A DNA stretch of 64,000 nucleotides, taken from an uncultured Actinomycetota bacterium (GTDB taxonomy: Bacteria; Actinomycetota; Actinomycetes; Actinomycetales; Microbacteriaceae). The stretch lies in assembly GCA_963750955.1 (NCBI GenBank), contig CAVVSI010000006.1:8548-72547 (forward strand), read 5' to 3'. Position numbers and translations under genes: made by a program. The notes beneath the pieces were generated by a model. That model was not told the DNA's origin. It ran no database searches and saw only the letters and a program-made list of their open reading frames with translations. Positions 20,930 to 29,994 of the stretch are shown one piece after another; within the stretch, counting starts at the first letter, position 1; each line of letters begins with the position of its first letter.

Positions 20930-21718
20930 GTGCGCGTCGCAGTGCTGGGCCTGGGTGAAGCCGGAAGCATCTACGCCGCCGATCTGCCCGAGCGCGGGGC
21001 ATCCGTGATCGGAACCGACCTGCACTTCGCCATCGCCCCGGCGAGCGTCGCGATCGCCGCGGACGTACAGCAGGCCGTGCGCGGAGCGGACATCGTGCTG
21101 AGCCTGGTCGGGGCAGGCTCCGCCGCATCCGTCCTCGATGAGGCGCTGCCGGAGATGCAGCGCGGCAGCGTCTACGCCGACATGAACACCAGCGGACCCG
21201 ACGACAAACGCCGACTCGCCGCGGTGGCGGCCGCGCGCGGCATCCCATTCGTCGACGTGGCGATCATGGCCCCCGTACCCCGCGCGCGCGTCGACACCCC
21301 CCTGCTGGTCAGCGGCTCGGGCGTCCCGCAGCTGCGCCCTCACCTGGAGCGGCTGCGCATCCCCGTCACCGAGGTCGGCGCAGAGCCCGGAGCCGCGGCG
21401 CGCCTCAAGCTGCTGCGGAGCGTCTTCATGAAGGGACTCGCCGCGGTCGTGGTCGAGAGTGTGACGGCCGCGGAGATCCTCGGCGCGGAGGCCTGGCTCA
21501 AGGACCAGATCGCGGCGGAGCTGGGCGGCTCGGGCGGCAGCGCCGTCGACCACCTCATCGACGGCACGGCGAAGCACGCGGTCCGGCGCGAGGCCGAGAT
21601 GGTGGACGCGCGCGACTTCCTGGCCTCCCTCGACGCCCCGCATCCCATGACCGACGCGACCATCGAGTGGCTGCGTGCGATCGCGGCGCAGACCGCCACC
21701 CGCACGCCGGATCGCTGA
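20930..21718 (+). CDS. NAD(P)-binding oxidoreductase, 6-phosphogluconate-dehydrogenase-like fold
   Basis: GTG 20930 after GAAGGGAGG. VAVLGLGEAGSIYAADL dinucleotide-binding motif. Confidence 0.65.
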   Translation: MRVAVLGLGEAGSIYAADLPERGASVIGTDLHFAIAPASVAIAADVQQAVRGADIVLSLVGAGSAASVLDEALPEMQRGSVYADMNTSGPDDKRRLAAVAAARGIPFVDVAIMAPVPRARVDTPLLVSGSGVPQLRPHLERLRIPVTEVGAEPGAAARLKLLRSVFMKGLAAVVVESVTAAEILGAEAWLKDQIAAELGGSGGSAVDHLIDGTAKHAVRREAEMVDARDFLASLDAPHPMTDATIEWLRAIAAQTATRTPDR

Positions 21719-21748
21719 GCTTGTCGTCCGACCCTTCGACAAGCTCAG
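21715..21748. terminator. bidirectional hairpin between convergent genes
   Basis: CTGAGCTTGTCG-N10-CGACAAGCTCAG: a perfect 12-bp stem. The stem includes the stop codon of the + gene. Confidence 0.6.
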
Positions 21749-21760
21749 GGTGCGAACTGG

Positions 21761-22879
21761 CTAGGCGTCCGCCCAGACGTCGGCGGCGACGGCGACGGTC
21801 TCCTCGATCTTGGCCCACTGCTCGGCCTCGGTGAGGATGTTGCCCTCCTCGGTGGAGGCGAACCCGCACTGAGGGCTCAGCGCCAGCTGGTCGAGCGGGA
21901 CGATCGCGGCAGCCTCCTCGATGCGGCGCTTGAGACCGTCGACGTCTTCGAGGGCTCCGGACTTCGTCGTGACCAGTCCCAGCTCCACCACCTTGTCGCC
22001 CTTCGGCAGGAAGCGCAGCGGCTCGAATCCGCCGGCGCGCTCGCTGTCGTATTCGAGGAAGTACCCGTCGAACGCCGTCTCGCCCAGCAGCTGCTCGGCG
22101 ACCGGCTCGTAGCCGCCCGACGAGATCCACGTCGAGCGGAAGTTGCCGCGGCACACGTGCGTGGTGATCACCATGTCGGCCGGCTTGTCGCGCAGCGACG
22201 CGTTGATCAGGTTGGCATAGCGCTCGGCGAGGTGATCGGTGCGGATGCCGCGCTCGGCGGCCTTGGCGAGCTCGACGTCCGAGCAGAGGTACGCCCAGGC
22301 CGTGTCATCGAACTGCAGATAGCGGCATCCCGCGTCGTAGAAGGCCTGAACGGCGGCGCGGTAGCTGGCCGCCAGGTCGTCGACGATGTCTTCGTGCCCG
22401 CCGTACGACGAGCCCTCGAGGGCGTCGCGCTCGAGGCGGAAGTCGAGCACGGTCGGGGCCGGGATGCTGAACTTCGGCACCACGCCGGCGGCTTCGGCGA
22501 CCGGCTTGAGGAAGCGGAAGTGCTCGAGCATCGGATGGTCGGCTGGGAAGCCGACCGGTCCGTCGATGTGCAGGCCGAGCGGCCGGGTCTGGACGCCCTG
22601 GAACTGGATGCCGTGGTCGAGCTCGACGACGTTGACGCCGTCGAGCATGCCGAAGAAGTCGAAGTGCCACCACGAGCGGCGGAACTCTCCGTCGGTGGCG
22701 AGCTTCAGGCCGGCGGCGGCCTCACGCTGGACCAGCGCGGTGATGGCCTCGTCCTCGACCGCGCGCAGGCCTGCGGCGTCGAGCTCTCCCGCGGCATGCT
22801 GCGCACGGGCGGCCTTGACCTCGTCGGGACGGAGGAAGCTGCCGACGATGTCGGCTCGGAAAGGGGGGTTCACTGACAT
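21761..22879 (-). CDS. cobalamin-independent methionine-synthase-like protein (MetE catalytic-domain-only family)
   Basis: 372 aa from MSVNPPFRADIVGSFLRP.... ...ITTHVCRGN..., ...ALSPQCGFAS resemble the MetE C-terminal zinc/homocysteine site. Confidence 0.7.
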   Translation of the reverse strand: MSVNPPFRADIVGSFLRPDEVKAARAQHAAGELDAAGLRAVEDEAITALVQREAAAGLKLATDGEFRRSWWHFDFFGMLDGVNVVELDHGIQFQGVQTRPLGLHIDGPVGFPADHPMLEHFRFLKPVAEAAGVVPKFSIPAPTVLDFRLERDALEGSSYGGHEDIVDDLAASYRAAVQAFYDAGCRYLQFDDTAWAYLCSDVELAKAAERGIRTDHLAERYANLINASLRDKPADMVITTHVCRGNFRSTWISSGGYEPVAEQLLGETAFDGYFLEYDSERAGGFEPLRFLPKGDKVVELGLVTTKSGALEDVDGLKRRIEEAAAIVPLDQLALSPQCGFASTEEGNILTEAEQWAKIEETVAVAADVWADA

Positions 22880-22948
22880 ACCCACAACCATAGTGAGCCC
22901 ACTCGGCAGGGCGAGGGGCGATGTCGAAGCTCCTCCGGATCGGCGAGC

Positions 22949-23023
22949 GTCAAACCGTCGGGAGATTTCGGCGTCTCCGGGGGTTCGGAGGGGTGGAGCG
23001 GTGATTTCGCCCGGCGCTTTGAC
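22949..23023. repeat. 75-bp hairpin element, family 2, copy X
   Basis: Bounded by GTCAAACCGTCGGGA ... CCCGGCGCTTTGAC inverted ends. Related copy at 48229. Confidence 0.5.
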
Positions 23024-23043
23024 GGTCGACGCCGCTGACCGCG

Positions 23044-23907
23044 CTAGGGAGCCGCGGACGAGATCGACTCCAGGTATTCCATCGACCGCACCGACGACGT
23101 CACGAGTGGCCGGAACCGTCCGCCGGGCGTCGCCGACGGATGACCGGTCGGCAGGTAGGCCGCGCGCATCGCCGCACCGATTCCCCGTGCCGCGCGGGTG
23201 AGCAGCTCGACGTGGGGGAGCGTCGGGGCGTCGTCGTTCGGGACGACGACGCCGATGGCCGCGATCACGTCTTGGTGGGCGCCGTACACCGGCACCGCGA
23301 TGCCGCGCGACTCCTCATGGATGTGCCCGTCGCACACCGCCCAGCCGTCGGAGCGGATCCGGCGCAGGGTCGCCTGCAGCTCGGCTTCGGTCTGGATCGT
23401 GTGCGCCGTGTAGCGGCGCAGCGGGGCGGCCAGGACGGCGTCGACCACCGCCTGCCCCGAGTGTGCGAGCAGCACGAGTCCGCTCGAGGAGGCGTGCAGA
23501 GGGATGCGGCCGCCGATGAGCGTCGCATTGACCACGGCGTCGCGGGCCGACAGCCTGTCGAGGAACAGCACCTCGGTGTCGCTCAGCACGCCCAGCTGCG
23601 CGTGCTGCCGCACGCGGGCATGCACCGCCTGCAGATACGGGCGGGCGAGCTCGCGAAGGCCCAGCGCGCCCGGGGTGCGGCAGGCGAGCTCCCACAGCCG
23701 TACGCCCAGCCGGTACGTGCGGTCGGGCAGGCGCTCGAGGAGCCCTTCCCGTTCGAGTTCGCCGACGATGCGGTGGGCGGTCGAGGGCGCGAGACCTGCG
23801 CGGTCGGAGATCTCGGAGAGCGTGAGGAACGGCACGGCGGCCTCGAATGCGCCGAGCACGCGAAGATGCTTGTGCAGTACGGATTCGCCGTCGGATGCGC
23901 GGGCCAT
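23044..23907 (-). CDS. IclR-family transcriptional regulator
   Basis: MARASDGESVLHKHLRVLGAF...LTLSEISDRAGLAPSTAHRIVGELEREGLL plus an IclR effector domain. ATG 23958 is an alternative start. Confidence 0.85.
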   Translation of the reverse strand: MARASDGESVLHKHLRVLGAFEAAVPFLTLSEISDRAGLAPSTAHRIVGELEREGLLERLPDRTYRLGVRLWELACRTPGALGLRELARPYLQAVHARVRQHAQLGVLSDTEVLFLDRLSARDAVVNATLIGGRIPLHASSSGLVLLAHSGQAVVDAVLAAPLRRYTAHTIQTEAELQATLRRIRSDGWAVCDGHIHEESRGIAVPVYGAHQDVIAAIGVVVPNDDAPTLPHVELLTRAARGIGAAMRAAYLPTGHPSATPGGRFRPLVTSSVRSMEYLESISSAAP

Positions 23908-23968
23908 CGTTGCCTCCTCGCAAAGCGCCACCGGAAACACGGCCGCTTCTTCGGACATGCTAGATCAG

Positions 23969-23983
23969 TTCCGTTGAACGGAA
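23969..23983. promoter_or_regulatory. perfect 15-bp palindrome TTCCGTT-G-AACGGAA
   Basis: In the divergent iclR/liv promoter region, followed by GTTCC-CA-GGAAC at 23990-24001. Confidence 0.55.
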
Positions 23984-24041
23984 AACCGGGTTCCCAGGAA
24001 CAGGATGACCTCGTAGATTCGCCTCGTGGGGTCACGCGATC

Positions 24042-24100
24042 ATCACGAAATCGTGATTCGTTCCAAAATCGTTGACAATCTCGTCCTCGATCCATAGCGT
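24042..24100 (+). promoter_or_regulatory. operator-like palindrome plus candidate sigma-70-type promoter of the liv operon
   Basis: ATCACGA-AA-TCGTGAT at 24042-24057. TTGACA at 24072-24077, a 17-nt spacer, then TAGCGT at 24095-24100. Confidence 0.5.
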
Positions 24101-24167
24101 TTCCCTCGAGCGGTAGGTATCGCGCCGCCGCATCCCCGAGCAACGACGCGAGCAGGGAAGGTGACAG

Positions 24168-24950
24168 ATGGCCGCGCGGCTGAGTCTGCACGAAGTGTCC
24201 CTGCGCTTCGGCGGCATCAAAGTGCTCGAGGATGTCAGCTTCGAGGTCGAGCCCGGTGCGATCTTCGGGCTCGTCGGCCCCAACGGTGCCGGAAAGACCT
24301 CGCTGTTCAACTGCATCAGCGGCCACTACAGGCCGTCATCGGGTTCGATCCGCATCGACGAGACAGAAGTGCAGGGATCGGCGCCCGCAACGCTCTCGGG
24401 TCACGGCCTGGCCCGGACCTTCCAGCATCCCGCCCTGCAGCTGCATTCGACCGTGCTCGAGAACGTGTTGCTCGGCGCGCACACGCGGCTTCCCGGTGGC
24501 CCGGTGGAGTGGTCACTGCGGTTGCCTCGGATGGTCCGCTCCGAGCGGAGCCTCCGCGCCGAAGCCCGCGAGCTGCTCGAGCGCAACGGCCTCGGGTGGG
24601 CGGCGAACATGCACGCCGACGAGCTCTCGCACGGTCTGCACAAGGGCATCGAATTGTGCCGGGCGCTGCTGTCCAAGCCGAGGCTGCTGCTGCTGGACGA
24701 GCCGGCCGCCGGCCTGCCGCACGCCGAGGTCCAGCACTTCATCCAGACGATCAAGCGCCTGCGCGACGAAGAGGACATCACCGTCATCATCGTCGAGCAC
24801 CACATGGGGCTCATCGCGGCGCTCACCGATCGTGTCGTCGTGCTCGACCACGGGCGCAAGCTCATGGAGGGCACGGCCGTCGAGGCGCAGTCAGACCCCC
24901 GCGTCATCGAGGCGTACATCGGCAAGGAGGCCGCCGATGACGCTGCTTGA
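24168..24950 (+). CDS. livG: branched-chain/HAAT-family ABC transporter ATP-binding protein
   Basis: GPNGAGKTS, LLLLDEPAAG. 260 aa. Confidence 0.85.
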   Translation: MAARLSLHEVSLRFGGIKVLEDVSFEVEPGAIFGLVGPNGAGKTSLFNCISGHYRPSSGSIRIDETEVQGSAPATLSGHGLARTFQHPALQLHSTVLENVLLGAHTRLPGGPVEWSLRLPRMVRSERSLRAEARELLERNGLGWAANMHADELSHGLHKGIELCRALLSKPRLLLLDEPAAGLPHAEVQHFIQTIKRLRDEEDITVIIVEHHMGLIAALTDRVVVLDHGRKLMEGTAVEAQSDPRVIEAYIGKEAADDAA

Positions 24951-25647
24951 GCTGACTGACGTCACCGCCTTCTACGGGCCGGTCCAGGTGCTCGAGGGCG
25001 TCTCGCTCTCCGTTCCCGACGAGGGAGCGGTCGGCATCCTGGGTGCCAACGGCGCGGGCAAGACGACCACCCTGCGCGCGATCAGCGGCACGGTGCGCGC
25101 TGGAGGCAAGATCGTCTTCGACGGGAAGGACATCCGGGGGATGCGGCCGGACCGGGTCGCCGCGCTCGGCATCGCGCACGTCCCTGAAGGACGCGGCACG
25201 CTCTCCGGGCTGACGGTGCGCGAGAACCTCATGGTCGGCGCGTACCTGCGCAAGGACCGCAAGGGCGTCGAAGCCGACATCGAGTACTGCCTCGACCTGT
25301 TTCCGAACCTGAAGGAGCGGATCAAATCCCACGGCTCGGCCCTGTCGGGCGGTGAGCAGCAGATGCTCGCCGTCGCGCGCGGGGTGATGGCCAAGCCCCG
25401 GCTGCTGCTGCTGGACGAGGCATCCCTCGGTCTCGCGCCGAGCACCGCCAAGAACGTCTATCAGGCGATCGGGCGCCTGCGGAAGGAGTCCGGCATCGCC
25501 ATGCTCGTCGTCGAGCAGAACGCCAACCTCGCCTTCACGCTCGTCGACACCGCCACGGTGCTGGAAACGGGGCGCAACGCCTTGACCGGAACGTCGGCCG
25601 AACTCAAGGGCATGGACGAGATCCGTCGCGCCTACCTGGGGGGCTGA
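24937..25647 (+). CDS. livF: HAAT-family ABC transporter ATP-binding protein
   Basis: ATG 24937 inside ORF 24232... GANGAGKTT, LSGGEQQM, LLLLDEAS. Confidence 0.85.
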   Translation: MTLLELTDVTAFYGPVQVLEGVSLSVPDEGAVGILGANGAGKTTTLRAISGTVRAGGKIVFDGKDIRGMRPDRVAALGIAHVPEGRGTLSGLTVRENLMVGAYLRKDRKGVEADIEYCLDLFPNLKERIKSHGSALSGGEQQMLAVARGVMAKPRLLLLDEASLGLAPSTAKNVYQAIGRLRKESGIAMLVVEQNANLAFTLVDTATVLETGRNALTGTSAELKGMDEIRRAYLGG

Positions 25648-25649
25648 GC

Positions 25650-26531
25650 GTGGGCACCTTCATCCAGCTCGTGATCGACGGCCTGTCGGCCGGGTCGATC
25701 TACGCGGCGCTCGCTCTCGCGATCGTGCTCGTCAATCAGGCGACCGGGCTCATCAACTTCGCTCAGGGCGCCATGGCCGTGCTCGCCGCGTATTTCGCGT
25801 ACTCATTCATCCAGTGGGGCATTCCGCTGATCCTGGCGATCCTGCTGTCGATCCTGGTGTCGTTCTTCCTCGGCGCATTCATCGAACGGTTCCTGATGCG
25901 GCGGTTCGAACGCGGCGAGCCCGACACCGCGATCGTGGTCACCGTCGGTCTGCTCACCCTGATCACCGGGCTCTGCGGCTGGATCTGGAGCTACAACAAC
26001 CTGCAGTTCCCGTCGCTGTTCCCCGTGCAGAACATCAATATCCTGGGTGCCGTGGTGAGCGTCCGCTCGATCGGCACCACCCTGGTCATCGTCGGCATCA
26101 TGTTCCTGCTGCAGCTGCTCTTCCTCGGGACGAAGCTCGGCCTCTCGCTGCGCGCGGTCGCAATCAACCCGCAGTCGGCGGCGTTCTCCGGTCTGCCCGT
26201 GGGACGGCTGCTGATGGTCGGGTGGGGGCTGGCCGCAGGACTCGGCGCCATCGCGGGCGCCCTGATCGCCCCGTCCTTGACGCTGACGCCGGGAATGATG
26301 GATGCCGCGCTGGTGTACGCGCTCGCGGCGATCATCCTGGGCGGCATGTCCAGCCCGATCGGCGTCGTGATCGCCGCGTGGATGATCGGCGTGCTCGAGA
26401 ACCTCGCGGCCGTCTACGTGCCGATCATCGGCTTCGATCTCAAGATCGCCGTGCCGTTCATCCTCATCTTCGTCGTGCTCATCGTGCGACCGCAGGGACT
26501 GTTCGGACGGAAAGAAGTGGTGCGCGTGTGA
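25650..26531 (+). CDS. livH: HAAT-family ABC permease
   Basis: 293 aa, strongly hydrophobic. GTG start. Confidence 0.85.
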   Translation: MGTFIQLVIDGLSAGSIYAALALAIVLVNQATGLINFAQGAMAVLAAYFAYSFIQWGIPLILAILLSILVSFFLGAFIERFLMRRFERGEPDTAIVVTVGLLTLITGLCGWIWSYNNLQFPSLFPVQNINILGAVVSVRSIGTTLVIVGIMFLLQLLFLGTKLGLSLRAVAINPQSAAFSGLPVGRLLMVGWGLAAGLGAIAGALIAPSLTLTPGMMDAALVYALAAIILGGMSSPIGVVIAAWMIGVLENLAAVYVPIIGFDLKIAVPFILIFVVLIVRPQGLFGRKEVVRV

Positions 26532-27622
26532 TGGCCACGGCAGCGGGACTGTGGAGCAAGCCGTGGGTGCGGTGGGTCGCGATCGGTGTGGTCGTGGTGC
26601 TGCTCATCGTGGCGCCCCTGATCTTCCCCGCGTTCGTGAATCAGACCCTCTCGCGCATCGGTGTGTTCGCGGTCGCCGTGCTCGGGCTCAATGTGGTCAT
26701 GGGCTACACCGGGCAGGTCTCGCTCGGTCAGATCTTCTTCGTCGGCGTCGGTGCGTACGTGACCGCCTACGGGGTGAACAACGACTGGAACATCGCGCTC
26801 GTCTTCATCCTCGCGGTGCTGATCCCGGGCATCATCGGCCTCGGCGTCGCGCTCGCAGCCGCGCGGCTGGGCGGCCTCGCGATCGCGATGGTCACGATCG
26901 CGCTGCCGATCGTCGGCGTGCCTCTGGCCAAGAGGCTGTCGGAGCTCACGGGCGGATCCCAGGGGTCCTCGGCCCGCTTCTCGGCGGCGCCGGAGTGGAC
27001 CGGCCTCTACGACGACCAGTGGCAGCTGTACATCGTGATCGCCATCGCGGGCGTCGTGTTCCTGCTGACCCGCAACCTCGTCCGCGGCAAGTACGGGCGT
27101 GCCTTCGCGATCGTCAAGGGCAACGAGGCCGTCGCGTCCTCGATGGGCATCTCGCCATACCGCTACAAGGTGCTGGCGTTCACGATCGCATCCCTCATCG
27201 GCGGCGTGAGCGGCTTCCTGTACATGGTCGTGGTGCAATACACCTCTCCCGAGACGATGAGCTTCGGCCACTCGATCTCGCTGCTGGCCGCGATGGTGAT
27301 CGGCGGCGCCGGCAGCATCATCGGCTCGCTCCTCGGCGGCGCCTACTACGTCCTCGCGCCGCAGTTGACGAACGCCGTCGACTCGAGCCTGACGGCGGTG
27401 CTGCAGGGCATCATCCTGCTGGTGATCCTCTTCGTCCTTCCCGGCGGTCTCGTCTCGCTGCCCAGACTCTGGCGGCGTCGCAAGCGCGATGACCGGGGGA
27501 TGCCGGCCGGCGGGGCCGCGGCATCCCGTGTCGCCGCCGCGACGGTCGCACCCTCCCAGGCCCCGCCGCCACCCGAACCCAACCCATCCACACAGTTCCC
27601 AGAGAAGAGGCAGGACACATGA
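26531..27622 (+). CDS. livM: HAAT-family ABC permease with a Pro/Ala-rich C-terminal tail
   Basis: ATG 26531 overlaps the livH stop. Multi-TM. Tail ...APSQAPPPPEPNPSTQFPEKRQDT. Confidence 0.85.
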   Translation: MATAAGLWSKPWVRWVAIGVVVVLLIVAPLIFPAFVNQTLSRIGVFAVAVLGLNVVMGYTGQVSLGQIFFVGVGAYVTAYGVNNDWNIALVFILAVLIPGIIGLGVALAAARLGGLAIAMVTIALPIVGVPLAKRLSELTGGSQGSSARFSAAPEWTGLYDDQWQLYIVIAIAGVVFLLTRNLVRGKYGRAFAIVKGNEAVASSMGISPYRYKVLAFTIASLIGGVSGFLYMVVVQYTSPETMSFGHSISLLAAMVIGGAGSIIGSLLGGAYYVLAPQLTNAVDSSLTAVLQGIILLVILFVLPGGLVSLPRLWRRRKRDDRGMPAGGAAASRVAAATVAPSQAPPPPEPNPSTQFPEKRQDT

Positions 27623-28908
27623 GCACAATGCGCAGGAGAATGCGGATCACCTCGGTCGTCGCGGGCATCGGCATCGTCGCCGTCCTCGCCGCCGGGTGCG
27701 CCCGCGGGGGCGACGCCGACAGCGGCGGCGGCGATGCCACGGAGGGGCCGGCTGAGGCCAGCCCGGGCATCACCGACACGAGCCTGACGTTCGGCATCAC
27801 CAGTCCGCTGACCGGCGCGACGGCCGGTCCCGGCAACTGCACGGTCGACGGCGCCCTCGCCTACTTCGGCGTCAAGAACGCCGAGGGCGGAATCGAATTC
27901 GGCGACGGCATGACCCGCACGATCGAGATCAAGGCCTACGACGACGGGTACGACCCGCAGAAGGCCCTGACCAACTTCCAGCAGATGGTCTCGGACGGCG
28001 TCTTCGCCGCCGGCATCGGCCTCGGCACGCCGACCAACCGCGCCTGGCGCGAAGCGGCGATCGACGAGGGCGTTCCCCAGGTGCTCGTCATGACCGGCGA
28101 TCCGCTGTTCAGCGATCGGGCGGAGAGCCCGATGCAGCTCGGGCTCGTCCCGATCTACCAGCAGGAGGGCGGCGCGTTCGGCGAGCTGCTCGCCGAGTCG
28201 GGCGAAGACCACAAGGTCGCGGTCCTGTACCAGAACGACGACTACGGCAGCGGCTACGTCGAGGGCTTCATGGAGGCCATCGAGGGTGCCGACAACGTCG
28301 AGGTCGTGAAGGAGCTCACGTACGAGGCGACCGACACGTCGGTCGACGCGCAGCTCACCGAGCTGGCCGCGAGCGGCGCCGACGTCTTCTTCAACGCCAT
28401 GTCGATCACCCCGCTCGTGATCTCATCGCTGAAGAAGACGGAGGAACTCGGGTGGCTGCCCAGCTGGTTCCTGCCCTCGAACACCTCGAGCCCCGGCGGC
28501 ATCCTGCAGCAGCCCGATGTGAACGCGATGGCGTTCCCCGGCATCTACACGGTCGCCTTCTCGCAGTCCGCCGCGAGCCCGACCTTTGCCGAGAGCGAAG
28601 ACGGTGCGGCGTTCCTGGAGGCGATCGGCGAGTACACGAACCAGGAGGGCGTCCCCGCCTTCCCGCACTGCGTGTGGAGCTGGATCGCCGCCGCGACGCT
28701 GGAGCAGGCGTTCGCCGAGATGACCGAGCCTACCCGCGAGAGCTTCATGGAAGCGCTCATGAACATCCAGGGCTACGGGGCCCCGTTCATGCTCGAGGGA
28801 TCGACCATCGACACGACGGTCGACGGCAACCCCGCCGTGTCGAGCGTGGTGGTTCAGAAGTACAACGGCGCCGGTTACGCCCCGGCCGAGACGTTCGGAG
28901 GCGAGTGA
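27619..28908 (+). CDS. type-1 periplasmic-binding-fold substrate-binding lipoprotein (LivJ-like)
   Basis: Signal MRITSVVAGIGIVAVLAAGC-ARGG. 429 aa. Last gene of the transporter block. Confidence 0.8.
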   Translation: MSTMRRRMRITSVVAGIGIVAVLAAGCARGGDADSGGGDATEGPAEASPGITDTSLTFGITSPLTGATAGPGNCTVDGALAYFGVKNAEGGIEFGDGMTRTIEIKAYDDGYDPQKALTNFQQMVSDGVFAAGIGLGTPTNRAWREAAIDEGVPQVLVMTGDPLFSDRAESPMQLGLVPIYQQEGGAFGELLAESGEDHKVAVLYQNDDYGSGYVEGFMEAIEGADNVEVVKELTYEATDTSVDAQLTELAASGADVFFNAMSITPLVISSLKKTEELGWLPSWFLPSNTSSPGGILQQPDVNAMAFPGIYTVAFSQSAASPTFAESEDGAAFLEAIGEYTNQEGVPAFPHCVWSWIAAATLEQAFAEMTEPTRESFMEALMNIQGYGAPFMLEGSTIDTTVDGNPAVSSVVVQKYNGAGYAPAETFGGE

Positions 28909-28931
28909 GCTCGATCTGAGCTGAAACGACT

Positions 28932-28974
28932 GGAGGCCGGGGCGGTCCGCGATGAGCGGATCGTCCCGGCCTCC
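28932..28974 (+). terminator. hairpin after the SBP gene
   Basis: GGAGGCCGGG ... CCCGGCCTCC forms a 10-bp outer stem enclosing an imperfect inner helix (GGTCCGC/GCGGATC). Confidence 0.55.
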
Positions 28975-29010
28975 GTGGTGCGCAGTCACGGCGAAGCAGA
29001 GCGTTCGGTG

Positions 29011-29072
29011 TTGACACGAGGCGGCCCCGCGACTTAGGTGGGTGTTAAGCTGTACTGAACGAAGGTGTTCAG
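29011..29072 (+). promoter_or_regulatory. candidate promoter and CTGAAC-N6-GTTCAG operator
   Basis: TTGACA at 29011-29016, a 17-nt spacer, then TTAGGT at 29034-29039. Inverted repeat CTGAAC (29055-29060) / GTTCAG (29067-29072). Confidence 0.4.
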
Positions 29073-29994
29073 CGTTGCGCTCCCTGGAGGCCGAGATGCC
29101 CGCCCGCCATGTCGTACGCCGTGCATCCGCCGCGAACTATGCTCCCCCGGAGATCTCGCGCCGGATGCCGTCGGGCTGAGCCGCTGGCGCGCCGTCGGCT
29201 ACGACGACGGCGCCTCGCACACGGACTTCGGCATCTCACGGCTGGAGGCCGGGGGAGTCGTCCCGACGCACCTGCACTCCTTCGAGGAGTCCTTCCACGT
29301 GCTGGAGGGCGAGGTCGTGCTTGTCACCCCCGAAGCGACGGTCCGACTCGTCGCCGGCGACTACGGCGTGCTGCCGATCGGCGTTCCGCACTCGTGGCAC
29401 GCGACCGAGGACCCCGCGGCGTGGGCCGATGTGCTCTCGCCGCCGCCGCGCCCGCCGCACGGATCGGACACCTATCGGATGCCCGACACGGCACCGGCAG
29501 AGCCGAGGCGCGTCGACCCGCGCGATCCGCGCACACGTTCCTTCGGCAACATCACCTCCGAGCACATGAACCCCGGCCGGCAGTCGCAGGAGCTGCTCGC
29601 GGTCTCGGCCAGCATGCGCACCGCGCTGCTGGTCTACAGCGGCATCTCGCTCAAGATGATGGTCGACTCCGATCTCGGGGCCGTGCTGCACACGATGTTC
29701 ATGGTGCAGTACGAGCCCGACGGGGTCGCGGGTCCTCACGACCACCCGCTCGAAGAGGCGTACCTCATCACGGACGGCGAGGTGGACGCGACGTTCGACG
29801 GCGAGGAGTACCGACTGCAGGCGGGCGACATCGCGTGGGCCGGCGTCGGCTGCGTCCATTCCTTCCGGGCGACCGGCGCGCCGGTGCGCTGGGTGGAGAC
29901 CCAGTCGCCCCAGATGCCGCCCCGGCACGCCTATCGCTTCGCCCGCGACTGGGACTATCTGGCGACCGCACTGGAGGATGCCGAGCATGAGTGA
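29065..29994 (+). CDS. bicupin protein; 5' end unresolved, possible frame shift
   Basis: Two cupin modules (PTHLHSFEESFHVLEGEV..., GPHDHPLEEAYLITDGEV...). The only in-frame start is GTG 29065, which gives a Cys/Arg-rich leader. ATG 29109 (MSYAVHPPRTMLP) would join this frame if one C of the C5 run at 29144-29148 were removed. Confidence 0.6.
   Translation: MFSVALPGGRDARPPCRTPCIRRELCSPGDLAPDAVGLSRWRAVGYDDGASHTDFGISRLEAGGVVPTHLHSFEESFHVLEGEVVLVTPEATVRLVAGDYGVLPIGVPHSWHATEDPAAWADVLSPPPRPPHGSDTYRMPDTAPAEPRRVDPRDPRTRSFGNITSEHMNPGRQSQELLAVSASMRTALLVYSGISLKMMVDSDLGAVLHTMFMVQYEPDGVAGPHDHPLEEAYLITDGEVDATFDGEEYRLQAGDIAWAGVGCVHSFRATGAPVRWVETQSPQMPPRHAYRFARDWDYLATALEDAEHE

Noticed and set aside
22921-23004. 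27-codon + strand sORF (MSKLLRIGERQTVGRFRRLRGFGGVER) with a GAGGGG upstream.
   Set aside because: It lies entirely inside the hairpin repeat element and has no supporting features. It is most likely fortuitous.
22880-23043. Possible SAM or cobalamin riboswitch in the 164-nt leader of the metE-like gene.
   Set aside because: I could not find a B12-box-like GCCACTG core or the conserved SAM-IV/SAM-I helices. The structured part is better explained by the family-2 hairpin repeat. A covariance-model scan would be needed to be sure.
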